A stretch of 48,595 bases of DNA from an uncultured Rhodobacterales bacterium (GCA_964352705.1 CAYGSZ010000001.1:9689-58283), one strand, 5' to 3'. Positions 9,070 through 19,488 are shown, numbered from the stretch's first letter. Program-made: numbers and translations. Notes: a model not told the origin generated them from the letters alone.

Positions 9070-9495
9070 TTAAGCCTTGATGATCTGCCGCAAGACTTTT
9101 TCCATGTTGACCGCCAAGGCCCATTTCTCTTGTTCTTCAAGCTGATCAACAGCAGCGGCGAGTGCTTGCAAGGGGTCTTGAGAGATAAGATTTTCACCTT
9201 CCTCAGTGAGCACAAGCCGATGAACCCGTCGGTCATTTTTATCCGCTACTCTTTCCAAGTAACCCTTGCGAACCATTGCAGCAACGGTTTGAGACGCCGT
9301 TCCCTTGGTCGTACCTTGAAAATTGGCAAATCCCGTCACCGTTCTACGATCTACCGTGGTTTCTTGAAAATAACGCAAAGCTGCCCATTGGGCTGGATTT
9401 AGTCCAGGCGTATACCCAAGGTTATAGCAAGCCTTACCGACTTGCTCGATCAGGCGGGCTAAACCGCGAGATGATAATTTGGGATCAGATCGCAC
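9070..9495 (-). CDS. MarR-family transcriptional regulator
   Basis: 141 aa. Winged-HTH block TTKGTASQTVAAMVRKGYLERVADKNDRRVHRLVLTEEG. Confidence 0.85.
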   Translation of the reverse strand: MRSDPKLSSRGLARLIEQVGKACYNLGYTPGLNPAQWAALRYFQETTVDRRTVTGFANFQGTTKGTASQTVAAMVRKGYLERVADKNDRRVHRLVLTEEGENLISQDPLQALAAAVDQLEEQEKWALAVNMEKVLRQIIKA

Positions 9496-9665
9496 AGTAA
9501 CAAACGCTTTGCTAAATCATAACGGGACGTGCCAATTATAACCTCATGGCACCACGCAAAAGAACAAAAAACCAATGCTTTTTCTAGTGATTATTGATTC
9601 TAGACCAATTCAGTTAAAGAACGGTCATCTTAAATGGCTTTTTAGTTCGATGAGCGTCTAATCCA

Positions 9666-10763
9666 ATGGCGGACTTCTACCCCTGGATTAAGCCAATCTT
9701 ATGGCGAATCGACGCTGAACATGCCCATGCTGCGGCTTTGCAGGGGTTAAAGGTTGCTCCTAAGTGGTGTTTGCCGACTTCCGGGTCTGATGATGGCTTG
9801 GCAACGCGTGTGTGGGGACACAATTTTAACAACCCAATTGGCCTTGCAGCAGGATTTGATAAACATGCTGAGGCGATTCCAGCGCTGTTTCGGCTCGGGT
9901 TTGGGTTTGTTGAAGTCGGCGGTGTCACGTTAAGACCTCAATTTGGCAATCCTAAGCCGCGCCTGTTCCGCCTCGCTCAAGACCGAGCTGTTATCAACAG
10001 GATGGGCTTGAATAGCGTCGGTGCCCCCCTTGTTGCTGAGCGCTTATCATCTCTAAGATTAGCCAGAGATAGTGGGCTGATTAAAGGTCCCATCGCAGTT
10101 AATCTTGGGCTAAACAAAGAGTCTCAAGATCCTGAGTTTGATTATGCCCAACTCGCAGCAGAGTTGGCGTCCGTAGCCGACATCCTGACAATCAACGTCT
10201 CTTCGCCAAATACGCCTGGCCTGCGTGCGCTTCAGAACCCAGATAAATTAACCGGTATTGTAGATGCGGTTAGACTGGCGTGCGCTAGATCCCCTCAGTC
10301 CCGAGGTCCGACAATCCTGGTCAAGATCGCCCCTGATCTTGAAGGCAAAGACATTGATGACCTTTGTGATCTTGCGCTACGCCATGATTTAAGCGGACTG
10401 GTTATTTCAAATACGACAATTGCGCGTCCTCAAAGCCTTGTCTCAGAAGCGCGATCAGAAGCGGGAGGGCTCAGTGGTCAGCCACTCTTTAAGGCCTCTA
10501 CTGAGATGCTGCGTTTGGTCTATTCACGCACTGGTGGAAAAATTCCTTTGATTGGTGTCGGTGGCGTATCCACTGGGGCCGAGGCCTATGAGAAAATCAA
10601 AGCTGGTGCCAGTCTCGTGCAGTTGTATTCAGCATTGGTTTTTGAAGGGCCAGCCCTTGTCGGCAAGCTTAAGGCTGAACTTCTGAATTTACTTCATGCA
10701 GATGGATTTGAAACCGTGTCAGATGCTGTAGGGGCTGATCACCGCCAAGGAGAATTTACGTGA
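9666..10763 (+). CDS. pyrD: Dihydroorotate dehydrogenase (quinone), class 2
   Basis: NPIGLAAGFDK, GFGFVEVGGVT, NRMGLNS, INVSSPNTPGLR, ISNTT, GGLSG, GVGGV: the full set of PyrD class 2 blocks. Confidence 0.95.
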   Translation: MADFYPWIKPILWRIDAEHAHAAALQGLKVAPKWCLPTSGSDDGLATRVWGHNFNNPIGLAAGFDKHAEAIPALFRLGFGFVEVGGVTLRPQFGNPKPRLFRLAQDRAVINRMGLNSVGAPLVAERLSSLRLARDSGLIKGPIAVNLGLNKESQDPEFDYAQLAAELASVADILTINVSSPNTPGLRALQNPDKLTGIVDAVRLACARSPQSRGPTILVKIAPDLEGKDIDDLCDLALRHDLSGLVISNTTIARPQSLVSEARSEAGGLSGQPLFKASTEMLRLVYSRTGGKIPLIGVGGVSTGAEAYEKIKAGASLVQLYSALVFEGPALVGKLKAELLNLLHADGFETVSDAVGADHRQGEFT

Positions 10764-11626
10764 AGGCTGTAAACGGTTTATCGGAAATTGCGTCAGAATT
10801 TGACGGCTTTATTCTCGATCTTTGGGGGCTCATCCATGACGGCGTCACGGCATATCCTGGGGTTGCGGAGACCTTTCATGCCCTGAAGAAAGCCGGTTTA
10901 AAAACCATACTGTTATCAAATGCGCCACGGCGCAGTCGGCTTCTTGTAGATGGCATGACCACTATGGGAATTGCTCGTGATCTCTACGGTGATGTTTTTT
11001 CATCGGGAGAAGCGACGTGGCAGGAGTTAACGCAGCGCTCTGATCCCTTTTTTGCGGAACTCGGTTCGCGCGCCTATCACATTGGACCTGAGCGCGATGT
11101 GAGCGTGTTAGAAGAAACGGGTATTGAACGGATTCAGTCTCTTGATGATGTCACATTTTTGTTAAACACAGGCCCAGTCGAATTAGATGAAACCTTAGAT
11201 GACTATGAAATAGTGCTACAGGAGGCTCTGACTCGCGCTCTTCCCATGGTGTGCGCCAACCCCGATGACGTCGTCATACGCGAAGGGCGTCGTGTAATTT
11301 GTGCAGGCGCGATTGCGCGGCGATATGAGGCCATTGGTGGGCGCGTTGCTTACCGTGGTAAGCCCGACCCTGCCGTCTATTATCTCGCTGTTGAGCGTTT
11401 GAATGTTTCTGATCCGATGCGTGTAGGCGTTATCGGCGATGCCCTTGATACTGACGTGGCCGGCGCAAACGCATCTGGCCTAAAGGCAATCTGGTGCACA
11501 GGCGGTATTCATGGTGACGCACTAGGCGTTTCGTATGGTCAAGCGGCTGACTTGCAGGTCGCGACTAAATTGGCTGAGGAACATGCCCGCAAACCCTGGG
11601 CTACTATTCCCGGTTTTCAGTGGTAG
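10760..11626 (+). CDS. HAD-superfamily subfamily IIA hydrolase (TIGR01459-like)
   Basis: GTGA overlap with pyrD. FDGFILDLWGLIHDG (DxD-type motif I region), LLSNAPR, KPDP, IGDALDTDVAGA. Confidence 0.8.
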   Translation: MKAVNGLSEIASEFDGFILDLWGLIHDGVTAYPGVAETFHALKKAGLKTILLSNAPRRSRLLVDGMTTMGIARDLYGDVFSSGEATWQELTQRSDPFFAELGSRAYHIGPERDVSVLEETGIERIQSLDDVTFLLNTGPVELDETLDDYEIVLQEALTRALPMVCANPDDVVIREGRRVICAGAIARRYEAIGGRVAYRGKPDPAVYYLAVERLNVSDPMRVGVIGDALDTDVAGANASGLKAIWCTGGIHGDALGVSYGQAADLQVATKLAEEHARKPWATIPGFQW

Positions 11627-11631
11627 TTCGG

Positions 11632-12714
11632 TTAGTTTCTATCGCGGTGCAAGCGCTGAAAAACGGCAAATGTCGCGGGGGCTATCATTACGATGAGGCC
11701 AATACGGACAATGTGATGCGTTGTAACGAAAGCGATATCCTGATTCAGGGCGAGGGCCATCAAGCTCATTTCGGTTACGCCGCCAGGGGCTAGAGCCAAC
11801 ATCAAAGCCATCGGGTCAATTTCAATCACCGGTGCGAGAAGAACAGCGCCTGTACCGCTCAAAGCAAGCATTCCTAGTGTTACGGCAACAGCTAGACCGA
11901 GCGTCTTTTTCATGGTTGCGAAGGTTAGGCCTGTAAATCTCGACCCGACTGATGCCCCCAATACGACCTGAGCGATCGCCACCAAGCTGTCAGGTGGTGA
12001 AGAGGATGTTAGTCCTGATACATGAACCAATGCACTAAGCGCGAGTGGCCCGGCCAGTGATCCAGCTGGAAAATTAGACCGTGTGCCGAACCATAACCCT
12101 AAGACCGCACATGTCGTGAGTATCGTGATATCCACGTTTGAAATCTCAAAGGTTGGTCGAATAAGTGTCTCAGGCCGCTCATAACCTACGAAAAGCACCA
12201 TGAGAAATGGAATGGTAAAGGCGACGATTAGAACGCGAACCGTATGCGTAAGCGCGATAATATGAGGGTTGCCACCATTTTCGGAGCCTACGGCGGTCAT
12301 CTCTGTGAGACCCGCCGGAAGTGCGGAAAAGAAAGCCGTTGCCCGGTCATAGCCTGCGTGTTGCAGACACCAGGGAATGATGATTGCCAACATGAGCAGG
12401 AAAACCGCAAGTACAGATAGGCTCAAAGTCCATTGCAGAATCTGACTTGCTAGGGCCGGTGTGAAGGCGCTGCCTAAGAGCACACCGATGATGGCAATCA
12501 TTATGTTTCGTAAGTATTTCGACATTGCCATAGGGAGCCCGAAAACGGCCGCCATGGAAGTTGTCGCCATTGCGCCCAGCATCCACGGCAGTGGCAGAGA
12601 TAGGCCGTAGAAAATGCCACCGCCCAAAGCTCCGAGCAAAAGGCTGAGCGCAATGTTACGCAGGCTTGTGGCTGGTAATTTTACCGGGGTCGTTCCCGCA
12701 GGCGTGTCGATCAC
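11632..12714 (-). CDS. AbrB-family (putative ammonia-monooxygenase-like) duplicated membrane protein
   Basis: 360-aa polytopic protein. [13 protein letters not shown]... and [11 protein letters not shown] motifs recur in both halves. GTGA overlap with the nadK stop. Confidence 0.7.
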   Translation of the reverse strand: MIDTPAGTTPVKLPATSLRNIALSLLLGALGGGIFYGLSLPLPWMLGAMATTSMAAVFGLPMAMSKYLRNIMIAIIGVLLGSAFTPALASQILQWTLSLSVLAVFLLMLAIIIPWCLQHAGYDRATAFFSALPAGLTEMTAVGSENGGNPHIIALTHTVRVLIVAFTIPFLMVLFVGYERPETLIRPTFEISNVDITILTTCAVLGLWFGTRSNFPAGSLAGPLALSALVHVSGLTSSSPPDSLVAIAQVVLGASVGSRFTGLTFATMKKTLGLAVAVTLGMLALSGTGAVLLAPVIEIDPMALMLALAPGGVTEMSLMALALNQDIAFVTTHHIVRIGLIVMIAPATFAVFQRLHRDRN

Positions 12715-13478
12715 GGTGAGAATTGTTCGGCCAGTATCCGTTCTTCAAGGTTATGTTCATGGTCGAACAGCATCGTGATGGCGTGGCTGTGGTCTTCTTC
12801 AATAGTAACTTCCACAACATGACGTACTTCGGCCCGGTCTGCGACGGCGCTAACGGGGCGTTTATCAGCCTCAAGGACCTCAAACTTTATAACGGCGTTA
12901 TCGGGTACGATTGCGCCGCGCCAGCGCCGCGGGCGAAAAGCACTGATAGGTGTTACGGCCAGCAGGCTAGCGCCCAGCGGTAAAACAGGGCCGTGGATGG
13001 AAAGATTATAGGCTGTGCTACCTGCTGGAGTGCAAACAAGTGCACCATCGCAAACCAATTCTTCCATGCGGCAGCGACCATTAATGGAGATACGCAGTTT
13101 TGCCGCCTGTCTGGATTCGCGTAGCATAGATACTTCGTTAATCGCCAGCGCCCAGGATTCTTCCCCTTTATTATCGCGCGTGGTCATTTTTAAGGGATGG
13201 ATTTTTACGCTATCCGCTTTTGAAAGGCGCATGGGAAGATCATCTTCCGCGTAATCGTTCATGAGAAAGCCAACAGTGCCGCGGTGCATTCCAAAAACGG
13301 GCTTATCCAGAGGCAAATAGGTGTGAAGTGTTTCCAACATATAACCGTCTCCACCTAAGGCGACGATGATGTCGGCGTCTTCAGGGCTGACATATCCGTA
13401 TCGATCTTCAAGGTTGCTCAAAGCGATCTGTGCTGGCTCGCTGTCTGTAGCTACAAAGGCAACGGTTGGAATGGTCAT
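12711..13478 (-). CDS. nadK: NAD kinase
   Basis: [11 protein letters not shown] (GGDG motif), [27 protein letters not shown] prefer the ATG at 13478 ([10 protein letters not shown]...) to the TTG at 13490 on the track. Confidence 0.9.
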   Translation of the reverse strand: MTIPTVAFVATDSEPAQIALSNLEDRYGYVSPEDADIIVALGGDGYMLETLHTYLPLDKPVFGMHRGTVGFLMNDYAEDDLPMRLSKADSVKIHPLKMTTRDNKGEESWALAINEVSMLRESRQAAKLRISINGRCRMEELVCDGALVCTPAGSTAYNLSIHGPVLPLGASLLAVTPISAFRPRRWRGAIVPDNAVIKFEVLEADKRPVSAVADRAEVRHVVEVTIEEDHSHAITMLFDHEHNLEERILAEQFSP

Positions 13479-13548
13479 GGAGGTGTCCAAGATAAAGAGG
13501 TCTTTAGTAGTTTTATACCTTGAGTATATAATGACTCATGGGCGAAAC

Positions 13549-14538
13549 CTACCCGCCCGTCACACTCATGTGCCGGGAAACCGCAGGGCGATTGTGGCGT
13601 CGATCTATGATGAAATCGTGGCCCTTCGGTTTGCGCTCAATAGCCTCATGTATGCAGGCTATTAAGGGTTCGTTGCTTTCACTTTGTCTCAATGGCGTTC
13701 GCAAATCAGCCGCATCGTCCTGGCCCAGGCACATATACAGTGTCCCGGTGCAGGTGAGACGAACGCGATTGCATGACTCACAGAAGTTGTGTGTCATCGG
13801 TGTAATGAAACCAACACGCTGCCCGGTCTCTCTGCAAATCGTGTATCGAGCTGGGCCTCCAGTCTGATAGTCCGTTTCATCCAGAGTCCAAGACTTTTGT
13901 AAGTTGGCGCGGACCAGGCTGAGCGGCATGTATTGTGCTGTCCGATCACCATCAATATCACCCATCGGCATGGTTTCGATGAACGTTAGATCAAACCCTT
14001 GCTCACCACACCATTCGACCATTCTATCTATATCTTGGTCATTAAAGTTGCGCATCGCGACCGTGTTGATCTTAACGGCAAGGCCGGCTTTTTTGGCCGC
14101 ATCAAGTCCGGCCAAGACTTTGTTGAGGTCGCCCCAGCGTGTAATCGTCTTAAATCGGTCCGGATCCAGAGTGTCCAATGATACATTGATGCGCTTCATG
14201 CCTGCATCAACCAACTGGTCAGCGAATTCTGCAAGACGGGTGCCGTTGGTCGTAAGTGTAAGTTCATCTAGGTCCCCGGTCTTTAAGTGGCGACCCAGAG
14301 ACTGGATTAGTGACATCACATTGCGTCGGACGAGGGGTTCACCGCCCGTAAGCCGCAGTTTTCGTACACCAAGTTTAACAAAGGTGCTGCAGAGGCGATC
14401 CAATTCCTCAAGGGTCAGGAGATCTTTTTTTGGCAGAAAAACCATGTCCTCTGACATGCAGTAAACGCATCTGAGGTCACACCGGTCTGTCACGGACACG
14501 CGCAAGTAATTTATGGTTCGGCCAAATGGATCAATCAT
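13549..14538 (-). CDS. moaA: GTP 3',8-cyclase (molybdenum cofactor biosynthesis protein A)
   Basis: [17 protein letters not shown] radical-SAM cluster, LTGGEPL, C-terminal [13 protein letters not shown] second cluster, terminal GG. Confidence 0.95.
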   Translation of the reverse strand: MIDPFGRTINYLRVSVTDRCDLRCVYCMSEDMVFLPKKDLLTLEELDRLCSTFVKLGVRKLRLTGGEPLVRRNVMSLIQSLGRHLKTGDLDELTLTTNGTRLAEFADQLVDAGMKRINVSLDTLDPDRFKTITRWGDLNKVLAGLDAAKKAGLAVKINTVAMRNFNDQDIDRMVEWCGEQGFDLTFIETMPMGDIDGDRTAQYMPLSLVRANLQKSWTLDETDYQTGGPARYTICRETGQRVGFITPMTHNFCESCNRVRLTCTGTLYMCLGQDDAADLRTPLRQSESNEPLIACIHEAIERKPKGHDFIIDRRHNRPAVSRHMSVTGG

Positions 14539-14648
14539 GAGGTGCTTTTAACATGAGGCATGTCGCTTTGTTAATCGTTGGTTTGGATGGGCTGAAAACG
14601 AGCATAAGGCAGCCGGCTCCATATATATGGCTAGTAGAGGGCGTACTC

Positions 14649-14837
14649 TCAAGTGGGAGGTAAATTCTCCAGGTCCACTTCTTTGAGTTCAACAATGGCC
14701 GTATTCATAGTTATCTTGCCCATATTCTCAAAATTTACAGTCACTTTTGTACCAACGGCAGACTGTACCTGTCCAATACCCCAGTCTAATTGGGCTGGAT
14801 TTATCACCAGCACGCCAGGTGTGAATTCGAGTTCCAT
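14649..14837 (-). CDS. DUF3553-family small protein
   Basis: 62 aa with the DWGIGQVQS...VTVNFE core that I associate with DUF3553. Confidence 0.6.
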   Translation of the reverse strand: MELEFTPGVLVINPAQLDWGIGQVQSAVGTKVTVNFENMGKITMNTAIVELKEVDLENLPPT

Positions 14838-14959
14838 AGAGCAGCCTCCCGCATACTAACGTATGAGCTTTGCAGCGTGATAAATTATAGTCTAGGTGGT
14901 TGGGTGGCAAAGCAACCCATTGCTATACTCAATACTTAATTTCCGTAATCGGGGTGGGG

Positions 14960-15619
14960 ATGACCGAAGACCTGAAAATTGCACATCTGTTGTGCACGCG
15001 CCTTTGCCACGATTTGGCCGGACCAGTAGGGGCCGTATCAGCCGGAGTCGAACTAATTGGATCAGATTTGCCTCTGGTTGATGAGGAGATGTTGTCCTTG
15101 TTATCCGGTAGCGCCGATGCAGCAGGCCGGAAGCTCAAGTTTCTTAGGCTTGCATTCGGGTGGTCAGGGAGTGGTGCGGCGTCTATGGGTGACCTCTCCG
15201 GAATTTTTGAAGACTACCTTATTGCGACATCGGGACCCTCTGGTGGGCCGACACTATCTTGGCCTGACCAAAGCCAGTTTCAGCCGTTTGTCGCCAAATT
15301 AGGCGATGAAGCCACACAAGTAATCTCGAATCTTATACTATTTGGTGTTGAGTGCATGCCCAGTTGCCGTTCCTTGGTGGTGGAATGCCAAGGTGAAGGC
15401 GGTTCCGTCGAGGTTGCGGTCAAAAACCGGACGGCTGAGGGCCGCGCATCCAAGGTCCGCAGCGTCATTCATGATATCTTGTATGCGCCAAAAGTACCTG
15501 AAATTACGCCTCATACGGTGCAGGCCTATCATACACGTCTTCTTATAGAGAGGGTGGGGGGGCATCTCTCACTGGATGATGACGAAACGGGAGCTATTGT
15601 TAAGGCCAGATGGGGCTAG
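14960..15619 (+). CDS. chpT: Histidine phosphotransferase ChpT (CckA-to-CtrA/CpdR phosphorelay)
   Basis: LLCTRLCHDLAGPVGAVSAGVELI (phosphorylatable His in the LCHD context), RKLKFLRLAFG, C-terminal VQAYHTRLLIERVGGHL. These are collinear with Caulobacter ChpT as I recall it. The ATG at 14960 is preferred over the extended track start at 14900. Confidence 0.8.
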   Translation: MTEDLKIAHLLCTRLCHDLAGPVGAVSAGVELIGSDLPLVDEEMLSLLSGSADAAGRKLKFLRLAFGWSGSGAASMGDLSGIFEDYLIATSGPSGGPTLSWPDQSQFQPFVAKLGDEATQVISNLILFGVECMPSCRSLVVECQGEGGSVEVAVKNRTAEGRASKVRSVIHDILYAPKVPEITPHTVQAYHTRLLIERVGGHLSLDDDETGAIVKARWG

Positions 15620-15809
15620 CTGCTGCAACCAATTAATCTTGATTTCTCCGAGCTTCTAATAATTATTGTATCGAGGCGATAGGGCCTTTCTATCTATGGC
15701 TTTATCCGAACCCGTTAACCTTCTAGTGTAAATAATAAGAACAACAGTCTTTGAAGTAGGGGCGAGGATGCGCGGCGGTTTTCGGGCCGCGATTACTCAG
15801 TAAACCAGC

Positions 15810-16178
15810 ATGAAACGTTGCCTCGTTGTCGATGACTCACGTGTGATCCGCCGCGTTGCCACTCGCATCGTTGAGGACCTTGGATTTAAAGCAGACGAAG
15901 CTGTAGACGGGGACAAGGCTTTAGACGCGGCTCGCATTCATATGCCCGATGTTGTGCTGCTTGATTGGGACATGCCAAATATGTCTGGTATCGAGTTTAT
16001 TAAAGTCCTGCGCACTATGCCGGATGGTGACACACCTAAAGTTGTTTTTTGCGCTACGCAGAACGATGTTAAGCATATCCAGCAGGCGCTCGATGCTGGT
16101 GCTGATGAGTATATCATGAAACCGTTTGATGGTGAGATCGTGTACGCCAAGTTGAAAATGATTGGCGCTGTCGCGTGA
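15810..16178 (+). CDS. cheY: CheY-like single-domain response regulator
   Basis: VVDDS, LLDWDMPNMSGIEFIK (compare CheY SDWNMPNMDG), CAT (Thr87 equivalent), IMKPF (Lys109 equivalent). Confidence 0.85.
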   Translation: MKRCLVVDDSRVIRRVATRIVEDLGFKADEAVDGDKALDAARIHMPDVVLLDWDMPNMSGIEFIKVLRTMPDGDTPKVVFCATQNDVKHIQQALDAGADEYIMKPFDGEIVYAKLKMIGAVA

Positions 16179-17044
16179 CTGCTGAAGATTTCGAGTTTGT
16201 GGCATCTTTGCTGCGAGACCGCGCAGGCTTAATCTTAAGCCGCGACAAGTCCTATTTAATTGAGAATAGGCTCATGCCATTGATCCGGCGACGGCGTATC
16301 AATGGGTTGGATGAATTGATTGGTTATCTGCGACGGGGTGAGGACTCTCTGACTCGTGAAGTCGTCGATGCGATGATGACTTCAGAAACGTCTTTTTTCA
16401 GGGACTGGTCTCCATTTGAGCACTTTCGCACTGTAACTCTTCCTAATTTGGTTAAAGCGCGCAAAGATAAAGAGACGTTCCGCATTCTGTGCTGTGGTGT
16501 ATCGACGGGCCAGGAGGCTTATTCTCTCGCGTTGATGTTCCGGCAAGAGTCCAAAATAGTTGCAGGTTGTGACCCTCAAATTGTCGGCCTGGATTTGTCA
16601 CAGACCTCCATCAGTCGCGCTGAAAAAGGTTTGTACTCTCAGTTTGAGGCGCAGAGCGGACTACCTATCAACATGCTTCTTAGCGGGTTCGATAAAGTTG
16701 GTGAGTTCCAGTGGCGTATCAAAGATATTATGCGGTCCGGTATTGAATTTAAGACGTGGAATTTATTGGACGAACTTTACCCTCTTGGCGCATTTGATGT
16801 CCTATTTTGTCGCAATGTTTTGATGTTCTTTGATCAGGAAACCAAGGCTAAGGTGCTGGGTCGTCTATCTCGACTGCTTGGTGACGACGGTGTGCTGTAT
16901 CTGGGGCTAAATGAAACTACGGTTGGTGTTTCAGAGAGCTTTAAGCCTATTGCACCAGACCTGGGTGTGTTTGGAATTCATAGAACAGATCGCCCTAAAA
17001 TACGGTGCCTCGCGGAGAGAGAACTACAATCCTTGCCGATTTAG
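16175..17044 (+). CDS. cheR: CheR-type protein-glutamate O-methyltransferase
   Basis: GTGA overlap with cheY. N-terminal helical domain (FEFVASLLRDRAGL), ETSFFRD, FRILCCGVSTGQEAYSLA, VLFCRNVLMFF. Confidence 0.85.
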   Translation: MTAEDFEFVASLLRDRAGLILSRDKSYLIENRLMPLIRRRRINGLDELIGYLRRGEDSLTREVVDAMMTSETSFFRDWSPFEHFRTVTLPNLVKARKDKETFRILCCGVSTGQEAYSLALMFRQESKIVAGCDPQIVGLDLSQTSISRAEKGLYSQFEAQSGLPINMLLSGFDKVGEFQWRIKDIMRSGIEFKTWNLLDELYPLGAFDVLFCRNVLMFFDQETKAKVLGRLSRLLGDDGVLYLGLNETTVGVSESFKPIAPDLGVFGIHRTDRPKIRCLAERELQSLPI

Positions 17045-18876
17045 TCGAGTTCAAAGTTGCTTACGTAATCTTCTTTTAAGTCTGGATTTTGCGCGTCTTT
17101 GCGTAAGACGCAGTTCTCAATGACCAGCAAATCAAGCCCCGTTGCCATAAAACACCGAAAGGCGTCTTCCGGCGTGCAGACGATGGGTTCACCACGCACA
17201 TTAAAGCTTGTGTTTACGATGACCGGAATGCCGGTGATGTCTTTGAACTTTCTGATCAGCGCATGAAACCTGGGATTCGTCTGTTGATGAACTGTTTGGA
17301 CACGCGCTGAATAATCCACATGAGTGACGGCCGGTATGGTCGATCTGAGTGCGTTTACTCTGTCTGTTCCGCGTCGTTCCATATCCAGTCGTGACAATGG
17401 CAAGCAGTGATCGTTGTTAACCGGCGCTACGATCAGCATGTAGGGGCTGTCCGCATCAAGATCAAACCAATCCGCAACGTCTTCGCGCAGGACTGCCGGC
17501 GCAAAGGGTCTGAAGCTCTCCCGAAATTTTACCTTCAAATTTAACGTACGTTGTGTTTCTGGATCTGTCGGGTTGCCCAGTATTGATCGCGCGCCAAGGG
17601 CACGGGGCCCGAACTCCATCCGTCCCTGAAACCATCCGACACCCTGATTCTCGGCCAATGCGGCTGCTGTTTGGTCGATCAGAGATTGATCATCCAGGCG
17701 TTCAAAAACAGCTCCAGCTTTGGTTAACCGCCCTTCGATATCAGCTTGGTCGTAACTTGGCCCCAAATAGGTCCCGGACATGCCATCGCCTCGGGCAACA
17801 ATCGTGCGCCGTCCTTCATTGTGGAGGTGATGTGCAACCATCGCTGCGCCGACTGCACCTCCTGCATCGCCTGCTGCTGGTTGAACCCAAAGGTTTTTAA
17901 ATATGCCTTCCGCTAGCAGTTTACCGTTCGCCACGCAGTTCAAAGCCACGCCACCGGCCAGGCACAGATTCTCGGCTCCAGTATCTTTTTTAATGCCTTT
18001 CGCAAGTCGCAGAACAACCTGCTCGGTCACAGCTTGAACAGAGGCCGCTAAGTCCATCTCACGTTGGCCAATGTTACTCTCTGGATCTCGCGGTGGGCTC
18101 TCAAAAAGCTCATCAAAGCGATGATTCGTCATCGTTAAACCGGTGGCAAAATCAAAGTAAGACATGTCTAAACGGAACGTGCCGTCTTCTTTAAGGTCAA
18201 TGAGATGGTCCAAAATTTTCTGCGCGTAACGTGGTCGACCGTAGGGGGCGAGTCCCATGACCTTGTACTCACCTGAGTTCACCTTAAAACCTGTGTAATA
18301 GGTAAAAGCTGAATACAGCAGCCCAAGGGAATGCGGGAAATGGAGCTCTTTGTGAATGGCAAGGCTGTTGCCGTCCCCTAGTGCTAGAGAGGTTGTAGCC
18401 CATTCACCAACCCCATCCATTGTAAGAACCGCAGCTTTTTCAAACGGAGAGGGGAAAAAGGCGGATGCTGCGTGACTGAGGTGGTGCTCTGAAAAAACGA
18501 GTTTCTTTGCCCAGTCCACATTTTCATCGAATGACTTTAGATGACTGATCAGATTGTCTTTCTGGAATAGCTTTTCTTTCATCCAAACCGGTATCGCGCG
18601 CCGGAAAGAGGTCAGGCCTCGCGGGGCAAAGGCGGCATAGGTTTCAAGTAATCTCTCAAACTTAAGAAACGGCTTCTCGTAAAACGCTACTACGTCTAGG
18701 TCAGACGCTTTCAGGCCTGCGTGATCTAGGCAGTACTGAATAGAGTGTGCAGGTAGAGCGGCATCGTGCTTAATGCGGGTAAAGCGTTCTTCTTGTGCTG
18801 CCGCAACAAGTTCACCGTCAACCAAAAGAGCTGCTGCACTGTCATGATAAAGGGCTGAGAGGCCTAGAATACGCAC
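17041..18876 (-). CDS. Carbamoyltransferase (NodU/CmcH/SxtI family)
   Basis: GTG start. MRILGLSALYHDSAAALLVDGELVAAAQEERFTRIKHD, LSHAASAF, C-terminal TSFNVRGEPIVCTPEDA. Confidence 0.9.
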   Translation of the reverse strand: MRILGLSALYHDSAAALLVDGELVAAAQEERFTRIKHDAALPAHSIQYCLDHAGLKASDLDVVAFYEKPFLKFERLLETYAAFAPRGLTSFRRAIPVWMKEKLFQKDNLISHLKSFDENVDWAKKLVFSEHHLSHAASAFFPSPFEKAAVLTMDGVGEWATTSLALGDGNSLAIHKELHFPHSLGLLYSAFTYYTGFKVNSGEYKVMGLAPYGRPRYAQKILDHLIDLKEDGTFRLDMSYFDFATGLTMTNHRFDELFESPPRDPESNIGQREMDLAASVQAVTEQVVLRLAKGIKKDTGAENLCLAGGVALNCVANGKLLAEGIFKNLWVQPAAGDAGGAVGAAMVAHHLHNEGRRTIVARGDGMSGTYLGPSYDQADIEGRLTKAGAVFERLDDQSLIDQTAAALAENQGVGWFQGRMEFGPRALGARSILGNPTDPETQRTLNLKVKFRESFRPFAPAVLREDVADWFDLDADSPYMLIVAPVNNDHCLPLSRLDMERRGTDRVNALRSTIPAVTHVDYSARVQTVHQQTNPRFHALIRKFKDITGIPVIVNTSFNVRGEPIVCTPEDAFRCFMATGLDLLVIENCVLRKDAQNPDLKEDYVSNFELD

Positions 18877-18900
18877 GATGAGCTTTCATCCAGCCGTTGT

Positions 18901-19050
18901 TTAAAAGATCGTGTAAATGAAGGGCGCGATGGCACTGCCCTGCGCCAGTACAATTAGACCGCCAAACAAGACCAGCATAATGATCATCGGCAATAGCCAG
19001 AATTTCTTACGGATTTTCAAGAACTGCCAGAACTCAGAAATAAAAGACAT
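18901..19050 (-). CDS. DUF5989-family (SxtK-like) small membrane protein, 49 aa
   Basis: Not on the ORF track because it is under 60 aa. My translation is MSFISEFWQFLKIRKKFWLLPMIIMLVLFGGLIVLAQGSAIAPFIYTIF*. This matches the EFW.FL..RKK.WL.P...APFIYT.F signature usually found next to carbamoyltransferase genes. Confidence 0.7.
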   Translation of the reverse strand: MSFISEFWQFLKIRKKFWLLPMIIMLVLFGGLIVLAQGSAIAPFIYTIF

Positions 19051-19059
19051 CACTCAATC

Positions 19060-19488
19060 TCAAAACTGTTGATGTAAAGATTTAGGATCAGGGCCCGGTG
19101 GGGTTCTGTCGATCCAATAGGTGTCAGCTTCTGGGTCTGCCTTTAGACGCAGCGGGTCTTTTCCGGTAATTTTTAAATAAATACCAGTTGGAACTACGGC
19201 AAAGAAATAAAGGGCGCTCAAGACGATTGGGCTGGTAATGAGGTGAAGTAAATGTCCCAGCCCTAGCCAAGCCCAAGCGACTGGCGTTAAGGCGCGGGGC
19301 AGCACCAGTGCTAAAACCAGCAATCCAGCGGCAATGGCCAGGGCCCAGATATGCACCGCTGAGTCGTTGATCAGAGGCCAAAAACCGATTAAGGAAAAAA
19401 CCACAGCCAACACCATACCAACTGATCTGTTGGACGCGCGCGGCTGATCCGTCTCAATCCTACGATTTTCGTGATGATCTGCACTCAT
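19060..19488 (-). CDS. SxtJ-like membrane protein
   Basis: 142 aa with 3-4 TM segments. Its position directly upstream of the DUF5989 + carbamoyltransferase pair reproduces the conserved SxtJ/SxtK/SxtI-like trio. The family call rests mainly on context. Confidence 0.55.
   Translation of the reverse strand: MSADHHENRRIETDQPRASNRSVGMVLAVVFSLIGFWPLINDSAVHIWALAIAAGLLVLALVLPRALTPVAWAWLGLGHLLHLITSPIVLSALYFFAVVPTGIYLKITGKDPLRLKADPEADTYWIDRTPPGPDPKSLHQQF

Noticed and set aside
13904-14464. Long antisense or shadow ORFs inside confidently called genes: 13904-14464 in moaA, 43791-44318, 37306-37812, 30664-31146, 46324-46827, 855-1190, 38596-39042, 40419-40841
   Set aside because: Each lies wholly opposite or out of frame within a gene with strong family motifs. 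Their translations are Arg/Ser/Pro-rich and motif-free, as expected for shadow frames in moderately GC-rich DNA.
14539-14648. Possible Moco riboswitch in the 110-nt leader upstream of moaA
   Set aside because: The region is shorter than typical Moco RNA motifs. On the minus strand I cannot find the conserved Moco-motif core sequences or a convincing multi-stem architecture, only a weak GGCTG...CAGCC pairing. An Infernal scan would settle it.
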